This document shows positions 49,938-63,268 of a stretch of 64,000 nt of DNA, piece after piece (positions within the stretch are counted from its first letter, which is position 1; each line of letters begins with the position of its first letter). This DNA is from Podarcis liolepis (taxonomy: Eukaryota), in NCBI GenBank assembly GCA_965112155.1, contig OZ218098.1. One strand, 5' to 3'. A program made the position numbers and the translations under genes. Below the pieces are notes generated by a model. The model saw only the letters and a list, made by a program, of their open reading frames with translations. It was not told the origin of the DNA and searched no databases.

Positions 49938-51419
49938 TCACAAGGAAGCTTGTCAGCATAGAAGCTGGTCTCTACTCACAAATCAGAAAAGGATCCTACT
50001 GCTTGAATGGTGGATGTGGACGCCTAACTTCTACACGTGCCTTTTGGCTCCAGATGCACATGGAAAGTGTTTATTCTAATGGCCCAGTCAATTCAATCTC
50101 CATCATTAGGACACAGTGCACATGAGGCCAGGCAAGGGCTGTACCTTCACCTCCATCTTGCATTGCAGGCTGGGATGCAAATCCTACTTTATTTTGCCAC
50201 ATGTGTGCAGTTTTTAATTACACCATATTACATGCAAATGTCTTTGAGTTTGAGCTAGAATGTGATTAGAAAACAATTTTGAAATGCCCTGCTTGTCTCT
50301 CAAATGTGTATATAGTTTGATATAAGGACATCTGGACTGAGACCTTCCACAGAGGACTGATCAAATGAATTCCTCATGATTATTGTTTTTTAATATATGC
50401 ATTCCTCCATTAATCATTTTGGATAACTGAATGATGCTTTCAGCTTTAACCCAAACTAGGTAAGCCTGGGGAGTAGTCTCTTTCACACACATATGAATAG
50501 TTACCTCCATGTCTCTGAGAACATCAAGCCTTCCATGACCACTTTCACCTCTCTCTGAAGCCAGGTCCCATTGCAGTCTCAGCAGTTAATTGCCTCCCGC
50601 TTCCACATCTGCTTCATTTCCAATGAAGGAATGCCAAGGACAGGAAATGACCACTGCAGTTCTCAGCACCTTCCACATGGATTCCATGTGCTCTCATTAG
50701 CCCTGGTTTCTTCACAGCCCAGAATCAGACCCGGCTGCATGGAGAAGAGGCAGCTCTGCCTCTCCCCCCTGCCATTTGGAGGCCCATGCCCAGTGCTTGG
50801 GCTGTTCTCCAATAACAGAGCCTGGGAGATTTTTCTCTGTCTGTTCCATTGTAGCTGCTGCTTATTTCTGTGTGGAGGATTGGTGGAAAAAGTTCAGTGT
50901 GGGCCATTTGGGAAATGCCAGCTGTGGCTATTTATAAATTACCCCCCCCCCAAAAAAGAGGTCAAAAGAGGACAGGTGTATATAAATTATTTGTTCAGAT
51001 GCAAATATAGAAATGAGCACTATAATTTAAATAGAAATGTAATGCATCTCAGCATCAAATATGGTGACCTTCTCAGTCTGCTGTCCAGGAGCTAAATGTT
51101 GATGGGCAACTTCAGAGCCCTGATCTCCCTTGGTACGATTCTTAGTGTGGAATTCAACATTGTGCAAGCAAGCAGTACTGCTTGCCAGACGGAACAATTT
51201 TGTGGCCTTGTTCTGGGGGTTCTCCTGACACCCCAGAGTAGATTTGGGGGAGGCGTAAGAGGCACATGGGGTGGAAAGCTCCGTTGCGCTAGTGGGAGTC
51301 CTTAATAATTTAATTGGATATGACCCCTTCAAATAGAGGACTGTCCTCTGTAAGTTAGGACACATGGCCACTCTATGCCATTACCACTACTATTTTCAAA
51401 GCTTCAGAGCTGTAGGAAG

Positions 51420-51785
51420 CATAGGAACTTATATAGCTAATCTAACACAACTTGCCACCTTATACCAAGTCAGACCATTGGGTCAGTTTAGTCCAGTATT
51501 ACCTCTTCTGCCTGGTAGAAACACTCCAGGAACTCAGGTAAAGGGCCCTTCCCTTTACCTGCTACCTGATCCTTTTAACTGGAGACATGGGCATACCCAA
51601 GGGGGGGCAGCTGCCCCCCTAAATCAATAAAAATCAATAAAAATACATAGCTAACTGAGGTTCTGCCACCCCTAACAAAAAGCTTGCCCCCCCAAATCCT
51701 CCCATGACTGGAGATTCTAAGGAGTGAACCTGGGACCTCCTCCATGCAAACTCCAGCCAGAAATGGAACATAGCTCAGGCCATAA
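51420..51785 (-). mobile_element. tRNA-derived SINE with a nested hAT MITE (51586-51706)
   Basis: The insert has CATGGG...CCCATG TIRs and an exact 8-bp TSD ACTGGAGA; the flanks resemble the reverse complement of 35140-35300. Confidence 0.75.
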
Positions 51786-52960
51786 GGAATGCTATTAGGT
51801 GATCTACTCAGTGGCCACATTTGCACATCATTGAAAGCCATAAACCTTGGCATGAGCCGATCACAACCATTTCACTGCTCCCTGCTTGTACTGGGGAGAA
51901 ATGCCGGGCCCAAATCCTGGTTATGTCTGAAGCAGGGACTGTGATTTGCTTTGCTCCAAACCAACCAAGATGATTAACCAATGGTTTGTTCCTGGCTTTA
52001 CAGTTTATTTCAGTAAAACAAGCCGTGATTCCTAGTTGGGACAGAACACTAAGCCAGTGATCATGGTTTGTTTCTTCTCAGCATGTATGGAGTGGAGTAA
52101 TGGAGACATGACTGGCTTATTCATGTAAGGCTATTTAAATAAATGCACAGCAAGCCATGGTTTCTGCCTTAACCATGACGTGCAAATGTGGAGTGGGTGA
52201 GATGGAGGCAAACTGGTAGAATAACTGTGTGTAACTCTGCTGTAAAGAAAAGAAGAAAAACAAAATCTTTGCCAGGGAAAACTTGATTCTGAGACATGAA
52301 TAAAAACCCAAGTCATGTTTGCACTGAGAAAACTGTGGGTTGATGTGCTCCAGAGCAGTCTGCATCAGGAGTGGGCAGAAAGTAGATTGGGATTTGCTGG
52401 TAGATATCTGGGTGATTTACAGTAGATCAGCGAGGGCTGTCGATTTCCAGTTGTTTAATGATCACAACAGCAAAATAACTTCCCCCGCCTCACAGACTCG
52501 TGAAACGAAGAAAGGTAACTAGGAGTGGACCTTTTGTATAAAATGACTGTGAGCTCAGTCCACTTCTGTGAGCACATCTTTGGGTTCTTTAATTTTAACA
52601 GTATGTCTTTTGCATTTGCCTCCAGGCAGTTCCAGACAGCCTGTATATCGAGCATCCATTCCAATTTGTTGGCAGGGAGATTAGAGGATGTTAGTTATTT
52701 AATGAACATTCATTTTAATTTGTTTGTGGGGAGACTAGATGAGGATGCCTCAAAATAAATGTTAACCCATGCTTTCCACTGCATTTTGCTTTCAGTTTGC
52801 CTTCTGCAAAAAGTCCAACCTTTTGAGGAAGCAGGTTTGTTGTGCAAAACCTCCCAATTAATTGTAAACACACAACTTGAATTTGCTCTTATGTGAGTGA
52901 ATCTCACCCCCAAACAGTGAGAGCCTGGAAGCACTTTCTGAATCTTAAGCTGCTGCCAAG

Positions 52961-52961
<1 letters not shown>

Positions 52962-52992
<31 letters not shown>
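52962..52992. repeat. (GT)n microsatellite
   Basis: Directly visible. Confidence 0.95.
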
Positions 52993-52995
<3 letters not shown>

Positions 52996-53674
52996 ATTGG
53001 AATTTAGATTCACACATCTATCCTACTAAAATAATAATTTCATTGGAAACAATGGGTTGGATCCAAACTTAGGCAGCAATCCTAACCAAGTCTACTTGGA
53101 AGTTCCAGTGAATTCAGTAAGGTTTACTCCTAGGTAAGTGGGGTGAAGATTGGAGCTTTAGGGATGCTTGAGTCATTTAACTACGTCTTTTAAGTACACT
53201 TAATTAGTATATTGATTGATAAACCCCAGATTGATCGTTTTTATTGTTTATGTAGAGAATTATGCAGAAATTCTGGTTTAAATATGATTGATTGTTTAGA
53301 ACATTTATTTCCTGCTTTGTCAGAGGTGCTCAAGCTGGCTCACAGCCTCAGTTTCAAATACTAAACAATACAATAGACACGAGTAAACACCAAACACGGG
53401 AACATTAAAACTTAAAAATAGCAGCACCTCTAAAACAAAAGCACACTCCTCTCTCTGACTAAAGCCCTTAACAAATGTGTCTGAAGGCCAGGAGGGAAGA
53501 GCATTGGTCAACTTGGGCAGAGATCTTCCCATGAAATTGGGGCAACCACTGAGAAAGCCCTGCCCCTTAAGTATTGACAATCTAACTTAATGGAAAGAGA
53601 GTACTTTGAGGCAGGCTCTGTGAAGCTCTTAAAAGGCGAGTTTGCTGATAGGGAGAGAGATGCTCTCAAAATTA

Positions 53675-53916
53675 CAGTGGTACCCCGGGTTACATACGCT
53701 TCAAGTTACATACACTTCAGGTTACAGACTCCGCTAACCCAGAAATAGTACCTCGGGTTAAAAACTTTGCTTCAGGATGAGAACAGAAATCATGCAGCGG
53801 CAGTGCAGCAGCAGCAGGAGGCCCCATTAGCTAAAGCGGTGCTTCAGGTTAAGAACAGTTTCAGGTTAAGAACGGACCTCCAGAATGAATTAAGTACTTA
53901 ACCTGAGGTACCACCG
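53675..53916. mobile_element. Tc1/pogo (Tigger-like) MITE, 242 bp
   Basis: TIRs and TA TSD. Confidence 0.92.
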
Positions 53917-54660
53917 TATATCGAAGGACTTTAAAGCCTAGATCAAGTACCTTAAACTGGAGCCAGAAGCTTGCGGTTAGCCAGTACAAATGGCACACAA
54001 TATATTCCCGTCATAGTGTCAGATGCCACTGAGTGGTCAAGGTGAGCCAACAGAGGTGCATCCCCATCATCATCAACCTGGAAGCCCAAGAGTTGGTCTG
54101 CCCCTTGTCATTTGGTCACCTCTTCATTCTCATGTGAATTCCTAGCTAGAAACTGGAAGGCAAATAAATGTGCAAAACTGCAGCTCTCTTCCCACACAAT
54201 GGGAAGTGTAAAATATTAACAGAGGCCCATGTGGTTGTGTTTGAGAAATAACCAAGATTGCTCAGAAACAGCTGCAGCTGTCAAGAGCAGTGTGAGGGCT
54301 GGGAAAGCAATTTGGCTCAGCTCTGTCAAGCCCCATGCAGGTGTGCAGGCTTCTCCTCCTGGGGAGCACCTTCATTGAATTAGCTCTGTTTCTTTTTACC
54401 CATTTTCATATGTAGGTTGCAAGCCTGTCGGCCTCACTCCCAGGTGAGGCTATTACTCCCCTCACCCATCTTAGCAGTCCTGCCGTGCTTTAAACAGTTG
54501 CATGACTGATAGAAACGCAGTGAGTGCAGTTTTTCCAGGCATGGTGGCACAGTGATGTGGAAAGCATCACCTGCTGGATTTCTGCCTGTCACACAGATAG
54601 GCTGGAATGCTAGACTGAAGCCAACAAGATGAAATTCGACACAGAAGGTTAGTGCACTTA

Positions 54661-54799
54661 GAAACATACAGTTGTAGAGTTGGAAGGAACCCTGAGGGTC
54701 TTCTAGTCCACCCCCCTGCAATCTTTTGCCCAACGCAGGGCTTGAACCCACAACCTTGAGGTTAAGAGTGCCATGCTCTACTGGCTGAGCTGTCCCAGC
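54661..54799 (-). mobile_element. tRNA-Lys-derived SINE with CR1-like tail
   Basis: - strand head AGCTCAGCCAGTAGAGCATGGCACTCTTAACCTCAAGGTTGTGGGTTCAAGCCC (CTT anticodon loop), then a tail ending CCTTCCAACTCTAC. Confidence 0.8.
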
Positions 54800-54942
54800 A
54801 GTCACTTTTCCCGACTTACCTGCTTTCACACAAGCAAAGCTATAGTTAACATTAGGATATACTGAGAGCTGGATCAGGCCCGTGAACCTTCTAGCCGAGC
54901 ATCCAATTCTCACAGTGACCAACCAGATGCCCACGAGAAGAT

Positions 54943-55273
54943 GGTTGTTGTTGTTTAGTCGTGTCCGACTCTTTGTGACCCCATAGACCAGAGCACGCCA
55001 GGCACTTCTGTCCTCCACTGCCTCCCGCAGTTTAGTCAAACTCATGCTAGTAGCTTCGAGAACACTATCCAACCATCTTGTCCTCTGTCGTCCCCTTCTC
55101 CTTGTACCCTCCATCTTTCCCAACATCAGGGTCTTTTCCAGGGAGTCTTCTCTTCTCATGAGGTGGCTCAGCTTCAGGATCTGTCCTTCCAGTGAGCACT
55201 CAGGGCTGATTTCCTTAAGAATGGATAGGTTTGATCTTGCAGTCCATGGGACTCTCAAGAGTCTCCTCCAGCA
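54943..55273 (-). mobile_element. 5'-truncated Bov-B (RTE) LINE inserted in a CR1 remnant
   Basis: Translation RVPWTAR...HLMRREDSLEKTLMLGKMEGTRRRGRQRTRWLD...GVTKSRTRL; (CAA)n tail; exact 12-bp TSD CCACGAGAAGAT. Confidence 0.93.
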
Positions 55274-55314
55274 CCACGAGAAGATAGCAACTGCTATTCA
55301 GAGGCATATTGCCT

Positions 55315-55560
55315 CTGACATTAGAGATAGAACCATAACCATTGTGTTCTACACTGGCTGGGCCCATCTGAACTACTATGCTCCATTTTGGGCACCACAT
55401 TTTAAGAATGAGATTAATAAGCTGGAACGTTCCCAGAGAAGGGTGACCTGGACATGAGGACTTCAAGTGGAATGGTCCAAAAAGCTGAGTATGTTTAGCT
55501 GGAAGAAGAGAAGGTTATGGGGAGACATGATAGCTGTCTTCAAACATCTGAAGAGCTATG
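55315..55560 (+). mobile_element. CR1 ORF2 remnant
   Basis: HLNYYAPFWAPHFKNEINKLERSQRRVT resembles CR1 HLEYCVQFWAP.FKKDI.KLERVQRRAT. Confidence 0.8.
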
Positions 55561-56134
55561 AAGAAAAACCCTAAGATATAGGCAGTAGATGATGGGAAAG
55601 ACCTTTTCTGGTTACCTTGGAGTAGACAAAACTGTGCTAGATAGACAAGGAGGCAGCTTCCTATGTCCATCCTTTGTACATTAGTGTGATTGTGCTGTGC
55701 TGTGTTTTGTGTGAAGGAATGTTTCATGTATGCAAAAACCTCTCCAGCTTTTTTTGATGAGTAATTCTTGAGGTCAGTCTAGACTATGCCAGATGTCCAG
55801 ATCACGACTTTTAACAGCTCTCTTGTGTAGAAGGATTGCCTCTTTCAATGTATGGCTGTAGGTTTGCTGTTGGCTAATACAGGGAAGGATCAGCTGGTAA
55901 AAATTATTTCATTTATGCACAATGGAAAACCAACCACTATGTAGCAGACGTGACACATGTGCATGACACAGGGGGATATTTATTTTTCCTGGTTAAAGGA
56001 ATTTTGTGTTAAAAGGCTTGCTGGATTAGAGTGAGCGAAAAAAACTTCGTATCCCTGTTTCAGAGCACTTAAATTCTTTTAAATAACAACAATCCTTTGC
56101 AGACACAGTGGTTGTGTTTGGACAGTGATATCTA

Positions 56135-56722
56135 CTCCTCTTCTTTGGTGATCACTCGTAGCCGAGTAAAATTGTCTTCCATGTACCCGGTCTTAACTGT
56201 GAGTCTGTGACTGTGGAGGCCAATTCTGGGTCCACACACCTTTCCACATTGGGGACATACCGTAGGTTTCCAGGCAGGAGATGATTGCGGTGAGGGTTTG
56301 CCAAACGTGCCTTCCTCTTAGCCCATTTCTCTTTTTCACCTTGAGTTCGTGCTTCTTCAAAGTCCATGACACCTTTGGTAAAGGCTGTTCTCCAATTGGA
56401 GTGCTCGTAGGTCAGTGTTTCCCAGTTATCAGTGCTTATACTGCATTTTTAAAGATTTGCCTTGAGAGCGTTTTTAAACCTCTTTTGTTGTCCACCAATA
56501 TTTCACTTTCCATTCTTAAGCTGGGAATACAGTAGGTGCTTTGGAAGACGCTAATCAGGCACCCAAACAACAAGACTAGTCCAACAAAGCTGATGTTGAA
56601 GAATCATTGCTTCGACACTGGTGATCTTTGCTTCTTCCAGTACACTGACATTTTTTTGCCTGTCTTCCCATGTGATGTGTAATTTTTTTGGGGAGACACC
56701 TTTGATGGAATCTTTCGAGGAG
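56135..56722 (-). mobile_element. RTE-clade LINE 3' fragment (not Bov-B)
   Basis: Remnants LHITWEDRQKNVSVLEEAKITSVEAMILQHQLCW and FEEARTQGEKEK..KRKAR, with frameshifts. Confidence 0.85.
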
Positions 56723-59351
56723 CTGGAGATGGGGTTTATGCATGGATTATATCTCATCTCAATAAGAAGCTAATATATGAACAAGCCTTTTGCCCATGCA
56801 ACCAGTTGCTTTGTATAAGAAGTCTCTAATTTACCATAAGTTCTTGTTTTGTTTGAACCATGAACCTGTGGCTACTAGTCTTGAAACAACCCAAGATATT
56901 AAACCAACTTTAAACTGTTGTTCAATATCCTGCTTTATTCTGAAGCTGTGTCCTTGGGACACTTCCAGATTTTCATCCTGGCCAATTCAGGCTGCACTCT
57001 TAGAGCTGATTTGAAGCTCTTGTGAAAAGAACCTGCTTCCCCAAAAGTTTTGACTTTTTCTGATAAAGGAAGTGAGGGGTAAATGTGGGATAAGGCTTGC
57101 TTTGATGCAACATTATCAAACCTCCCCAGGAACAAATCAGGCTGAATGCTCAATAAACAGATTGCCTGGAAGCAACCATAGTTTCCTGGCTTGGACAAAA
57201 TGGGAAACTGTGGTTAATCAGAGACTTTATGGCTTGTTCAAAAGTGCTGTGTAGACAAAAAGCTGGCTCAAATCTCAGCTTGTTAAGCTGATATATGATC
57301 ATTCAAACTGGGCCATTGTTTGGGAGAGCGGGGAGACAGGATGGAAATTCCTGTTGCACGGGTCACTTGTATGAAAAGCATGAAGGTGAAATATGTTAGT
57401 ATCTGGAATTCCTGTTTCTGACTCATGCTCATTAATGTCTTGGATTCATCTGGAAGAAATCTTGTTCAGCTCTCGGCAAAAGCTTTTTAAAAAACCCTAC
57501 CAAAAAGCCCCTTGATGGGGAATAGCATGTGGGTGTATATATATATCTGTGTAATTGCCCAAAGATGTAAAACATTGGGGGACATTCCAGAAATCCTGTG
57601 CAGGGCAAGTTTTCTCTGCAGAGCAGCTTTCATGCCAGCTGCCTGTGAGGAGGCCTACTTTATGGGCTGGCTCTGCAAGACGGCAGGAGGTGTATGGTAT
57701 AAATTACTGAGCTCTGGCAGAAAAAAGTATGGGGTGGAGAGTAAATTAAAGCAACCTGGATGGTCACCATCTGAGTGGAAGAGGCCAAGAGATGGGAATA
57801 ATATTTTTATAGATGACTTGCGGTAATGAGACACAGTGTAAGAATAAGGCACCGGATGGGGAAGGGAGAGGGTTATTGGCAAGCCGGGGGTCTGGAAATC
57901 AGCATTGGATTTGGTGATCTTGGGCCATGGAGAACCTGCTGGTTTTGAGGATAGAACTGAGGTTTTCTTGCTGTAAGATATATGTGCACTATTCCTGAAT
58001 GTAGTTCAGTGTGCGTATGTTTGAAGCACACTCTAGTCTGCCATGGATCCATTGGATTCATAGGCAAGGTCTCTTGTGGTATTAAATAACATTTCTCACA
58101 TTTATGGCAGCATGTTCAGTTGTAAGGAAGCTACAGGATATTGATGTTCATGAATATTCAGTAGTCGTACCCTGTGAATTACCACTTTATGCTCATAAAA
58201 CCTGAAGAGAAAATTACTGCAAACGAGAGACTATCCATTCTCGACATAAGAGGGTATAATTAACCATATACTCTTGGAAGTGGCTCCAAGCAGAAGAGCC
58301 TGCCATTCTGGACATTATGTCGAAGGTGGCAAGGACTCATGGTGACTAGCCATTGTCTGGCCCCACGGGCAACACGCTGGGCCTTCCTAGACCACCATCC
58401 TCTTGTGAAAGCATCATGTCACTTTCCTTCTGTTTTCCTCTCTCCTGCCACTGCCCCCCGCCATACTCAAACCTTTTAATTAAGGCAGGAAACTGTGTGC
58501 CTCTGTGGCTGTTGGACTGGGAGATGTATTTTCCCACTAAATGAGATCTTAGCAAGCCTTTTTTAAAAAAGAAAGAAAAGAAAAAGGCTGGACATTAATC
58601 TTTTGGCTATTGGCAGCTTAATAGTTTTCCCGAGATGCTATCTGCCATTTCTCCTGGTCTCACTTTTCTTCTGATTAAATAAGATGTGGGGTGGAGAGGA
58701 ATGCTCTTTGTTAAGGCAGACATTGATTTACTCTGGTTTATTTCATTTTCAAAAGGGATGAGGGGTTGGGCTCTAGAAGATCAAAGAACTAAGAAAGAAC
58801 GTGGGGGTAGGGACAGATGGACATTCAGTGGCATTGGGAAATAAACCCAGCTCTGAAATCTTAATGGCTAATGGCAATGTATGATCTTGTTTATTTCTGT
58901 AACAGTTCTTAGAGTTACAAACACAGGTGCTTGGTCCTTGTATTGCCTCCATCTTCTTCAGCCATGCCTGAGAGTTCGCTGTTTCAGTGCAGTTGGGCTT
59001 CTGTGTGCTTGTGTCACTTGGGTGCACCTAAGTCCAACCGGAATGTCTCTTACATGAGCCCCATAATAAGAACAGAAGAGCCCTGCTGTATCACATCAGT
59101 GGCCCATTTAGTCCAGCATCCTAGTGGCTAACCAGATGCCTATGGGAAGCCCACAAACAGAACCCAAGTGCAGCAGCACTCTCCCCATTTGTGTTTCCCA
59201 GCAATTGATATTCAGAGGCATAGGGCCTCTGACAATGGATGTAGACCATGGCCATCATGTCTTGTTCGCCACTCATAGTCTTTTGCTCCATGAATTTGCC
59301 TAATCCCTCTTTTAAAGCCAGCCAAGTTGGTGGCCATCACTTCCTCTTGTG

Positions 59352-59871
59352 TATAGGGCTGGGAAATATATTGATATATCATCGAAAACTGTTTTGAAGT
59401 CCATATTATGATATTGATTTCATAATTTTTGATCTGGCAATATATCAAAAATCATGATGTGTGTGTGTGTGTGTTATGCAAAAATCACAATGTGGGAAAA
59501 ACCATGAAGCCAGCCAATGCCTCTACATAGCTCCACCCTTATTTCAGACATTGTGATACATCAGTATACAGTGGTACCTTGGGTTACATACACTTCAGGT
59601 TACATACGCTTCAGGTTACAGACTCCGCTAACCCAGAAATGGTACTTCGGGTTAAGAACTTTGCTTCAGGATGAGAACAGAAATCACGTGGTGGTGGCGT
59701 GTCGGCAGCAGGAGGCGCCATTAGCTAAAGTGGTGCTTCAGGTTAAGAACAGTTTCAGGTTAAGAATGGACCTCCGGAACGAATTAAGTACTTAGCCCGA
59801 GGTACCACTGTATTGTGATGTCTAGCTGCTGATATATCACAATGTTGAAAGCCAGATATCACACAGCCCTG
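59352..59871. mobile_element. hAT-type MITE
   Basis: TIRs AGGGCTG...CAGCCCT; 8-bp TSD CTCTTGTG at 59344-59351 and 59872-59879. Confidence 0.8.
59569..59810. mobile_element. Tc1/pogo (Tigger-like) MITE, 242 bp, nested
   Basis: TIRs and TA TSD. Confidence 0.92.
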
Positions 59872-60526
59872 CTCTTGTGGGTGCAAAATTGATAGTTTAA
59901 CTTTGTGGTGCACTTTCTTTTCTATCTTCCAACATTTGGCTGCATTGGATGTCCCTATGTTTTAGTGTTATGGACTCGGGGGGACATCTCGCTCCATTTT
60001 GTCTCTTGACCTACTTTTTCTCTAAACTTGGAAGCCCCAAATGCTGTAAGCTTTCCTCAAAGGGGAGTTGCTTCATAATGACGTGTGGGAAAGCCAAGCA
60101 GAAGCCTTCAAAAATCCTGCCTCTTCCATTCCACCTCATATCAAGGCCTCACAGAGAAGGGGACCAATCCCCAGGCAAGGATACCAAGGTAAGATTATCA
60201 GGAGATGGAAGAGTCAAAAGGTGTCAGTTAGGTGGTGAGCACAGTGAACCAGCCTCTTGGTAAGCGGAAGGAGAAGCAAGGAAATGACAGGTCTTAGCAG
60301 GGTGTTGTGGTCAGTTTTTTCTCTTCTGAAGCAAGCCTGCATCAGGGTGGAGCTGCAAGGAGAGACCTTGGAATTTCTGTGGACTGCATAGGCTGGGGGT
60401 GGGGGAACAAAACAAAACACTGCAGTGATAAATTGCTGCTTTCAAAAATGTAAAACAGAATTTTAGGGACAATTAGGAAAGAGAATAACGGGGTACGGTG
60501 GGGGCATCTCAGAGCCTCTCTGCAGA

Positions 60527-60720
60527 TAAAGGTAAAGGGACCCCTGACCGTTAGGTCCAGTCACAGACGACTCTGGGGTTGCGGCACTCATCTCGCTTTA
60601 CTGGCCGAGGGAACCGGCGTACAGCTTCCGGGTCATGTGACCAGCATGACTAAGCTGCTTCTGGCGAACCAGAGCAGCGCATGGAAACACTGTTTACCTT
60701 CCCGCCAGAGCGGTACCTAT
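60527..60720 (-). mobile_element. Sauria SINE, 5'-truncated
   Basis: 3' half matches 18429-18625. Confidence 0.9.
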
Positions 60721-61335
60721 AGAGCAATATTAATAGCAGTGGTTCTCTGTTGAATCTTGTGCACAGTTCCAGTTGCCTCCTTTGGTAAAGGGAACAGTGG
60801 GTTGGAAGAACACAGAAGAAGAGGAGGACAGGAATGATCAGGAGTGTGGAATCCCCCAGGGTTCTAGTCAGGAAGGAATTTTATTGGAGGTCCATTTCAG
60901 CAAGAATTTTCCCCAATATCACCCCCTAAAATGGACTTGCTGCCTGTACATCAACAGTACCCCTCTGCCTCTGGGTTGGCAACTAGTGGGGCAGATGATA
61001 CCCATCTGTTGGAGGGTGAGGAATAGCCTCAGGTCCACCAGTTGGTGATCTGTATTAAAAGGCCAGTACTTCTCAGCTCACAAAACTGATCTGTTAAATT
61101 TGAATCCATAAGCATATGTGGAGGTCTCCTCTTCCCAGTTTGGTACTTGCTCTTTGGAAGAAATAGGTCGAGCACATTTTGTTTACCCTTTCAAATTAAA
61201 CCTTGGTGAAATATAGCGGTCAAAAACTGTTACATGGACTATTGCTTAACACAGCGTACCATTAATGTGGGGTTGTGATTGCTGACAAAAACTAGGCAAA
61301 TCAATGGATGAATATCAATAGCTCTTAGACAATAA

Positions 61336-61366
<31 letters not shown>

Positions 61367-61605
61367 TGGGTGGCTTCCAACAAAATATTAAAATACAGTA
61401 GTCCATCAAATAGTAAAAGCTTCCCTAAACAGGGCTGCCTTCAGATGTCTTCTAAAAGTCTGGTAGTTGTTGTTCCTTTTGACATCTGGTGGGAGGGCGT
61501 TCCACAGGGCGGGTGCCACTGCCGAGAAGGCACTACCAAGAAGCCTGGTTCCCTGTAACTTGGCTTCTTTCAGTGAGGGAACTGACAGAAGGACCTCAGT
61601 GTCCA
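61336..61605 (-). mobile_element. L2-family 3' fragment with (TAG)n tail
   Basis: Reverse complement of 19209-19460; (CTA)n at 61336-61366. Confidence 0.7.
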
Positions 61606-62950
61606 GGTAGAATGATGGGGATGGAGATGCAATACTGGACAAAGGCAGTATTGGCCATATTGTTCTCAGTGTCTGCCTTAAGACTGCAGGACACATAGAT
61701 AGTGAAAATGGAGCAGAAGTATTCCATAAGCAGGATGGGCTTTTGTTATTGTTGAAGTTTTACTGCATTACTACGCAATCTGCAGTAGAGTTTGGCAGCC
61801 AGAAGATCTTTGGTTTTGTATTTAAATAAGTTGTGTTTTTAGTTCTTATGGTCACTTAGAAAACAGGGGTGTAGCTATGGGTTGGCTGGGTTGGCCTCTG
61901 CCAAGGACGCAGGGCCTGGGCTAGGGCCTGCAGAAATCCCCTCTGCTCTCCCCAGGCTCCTCCTCCACTGTTCTGGGTGCCCAACATCTCCTTTCCAAGA
62001 GTGGAAGGGACTGGAGATGGGGGGGTAGGTGGCGGTGGCAATGATACAGCTCCTTGCCACAGGCGCATGGGAGCCTAGGCACGTCTGTGTTATTTAAAAA
62101 ATGGAATATTGGTTGGATGAGTCAACTGCAAGTTCATAAATAAAATTCAAAGAGTCAGGAGATGGGACTCCTAATCTTGGCTGGTGGTATCTGGCTGCTA
62201 CGCTAGACGTAAAGACCTAGGAGAAGAGAAAAAAGAATAGAAAAGTGGTGTGTGTGTGTATGTGTGATGGGATTCTCATATAGGGAAAAGGGTTAAACAA
62301 AACTTTTGTGTGTGGTGTAATCCCAATCCTGAGTCTTCCCACCCCACCATGACAGTTTCACAAAAACAAGTATTTAAAATGTCACCTACTTTGCCCCTGT
62401 TGCAGGCTTATTAGCATTATCCATTATGAGCGGAATACTGTTTCTGAGCCTGAATGGTGAAAACCATTGTTTGCGAAGGTTGATACTTTCTATTTTCAAC
62501 TATTATTTTACCCTCTCCCTTGCTAAAATTGATAAAATGTAAGGTACATTTAGATACTTTTGGTTGCAATGGCATGTAAAGCTAAATTATAGTCTGAATG
62601 GTACATAAAAGCAGTTATATGTTTAAGTTTTATAAACATATTAAACACTATAATTTTGTGTGCCAATACACAGTGAGTGCATTTTATGTTCTTAAAGTCG
62701 AAAGTCTTAGAAAGTTAACCATGCTTATATTTCAATTCCACCCTGCTCTCAAATTTCCTTTGTTTCCCTGGGATGAAAAGCAAAACGGAACCCAATTTTC
62801 CCCAGGTATGCCTGGGACACCCACCACCTCCCCGGGAGAATGAAATCCTGGAGAGCCACACTGCCAGTCAGTGTAGATAAATACTGAGCTAGGTGGACTA
62901 AAGGACCAGTGGTCTGATTCAGCTTTCTGTGTTCTTATTCCCTGTACTTA

Positions 62951-63268
62951 ATAAAGGTAAAGGGTAAAGGGACCCTTGACCATTAGGTCCAGTCACAGAC
63001 AACTCTGGGGTTGGAGCACTCATCTCGCTTTATTGGCTGAGGGATCTGGCGTACAGCTTCTGGGTCATGTGGCCAGCATGACTAAGCCACTTCTGGTGAA
63101 CCAGAACAGCGCATGGAAACGCCAGAGCCGTACCTACTTATCTACTTGCACTTTGATGTTCTTTCGAACTGCTAGGTTGGCAGGAGCAGGGACTGAGCAA
63201 CGGGAGCTCACCTTCTGATCGGCAAGCCCTAGGCTTTGTGGTTTAACCCACAGTACCACCCGCGCCCC
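62951..63268 (-). mobile_element. Sauria SINE with internal deletions (B box lost)
   Basis: Collinear with 18429-18781 apart from two ~20-bp deletions. Confidence 0.9.

Larger units (their letters stand above)
59064..60075 (-). mobile_element. CR1 3' fragment interrupted by nested MITEs
   Basis: 59064-59351 is the reverse complement of the CR1 3' end (AGFKRG); similar sequence resumes after 59872. Confidence 0.75.

Noticed and set aside
50571-51095. 174-aa ORF
   Set aside because: Non-ATG start, crosses homopolymer runs, no recognisable domain.
54725-54799. tRNA-Lys gene
   Set aside because: Stems are mutated and it runs into a CR1-like tail, so it is a SINE head.
54434-55258. 274-aa ORF
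   Set aside because: Chance read-through from Bov-B into CR1 and SINE remnants.
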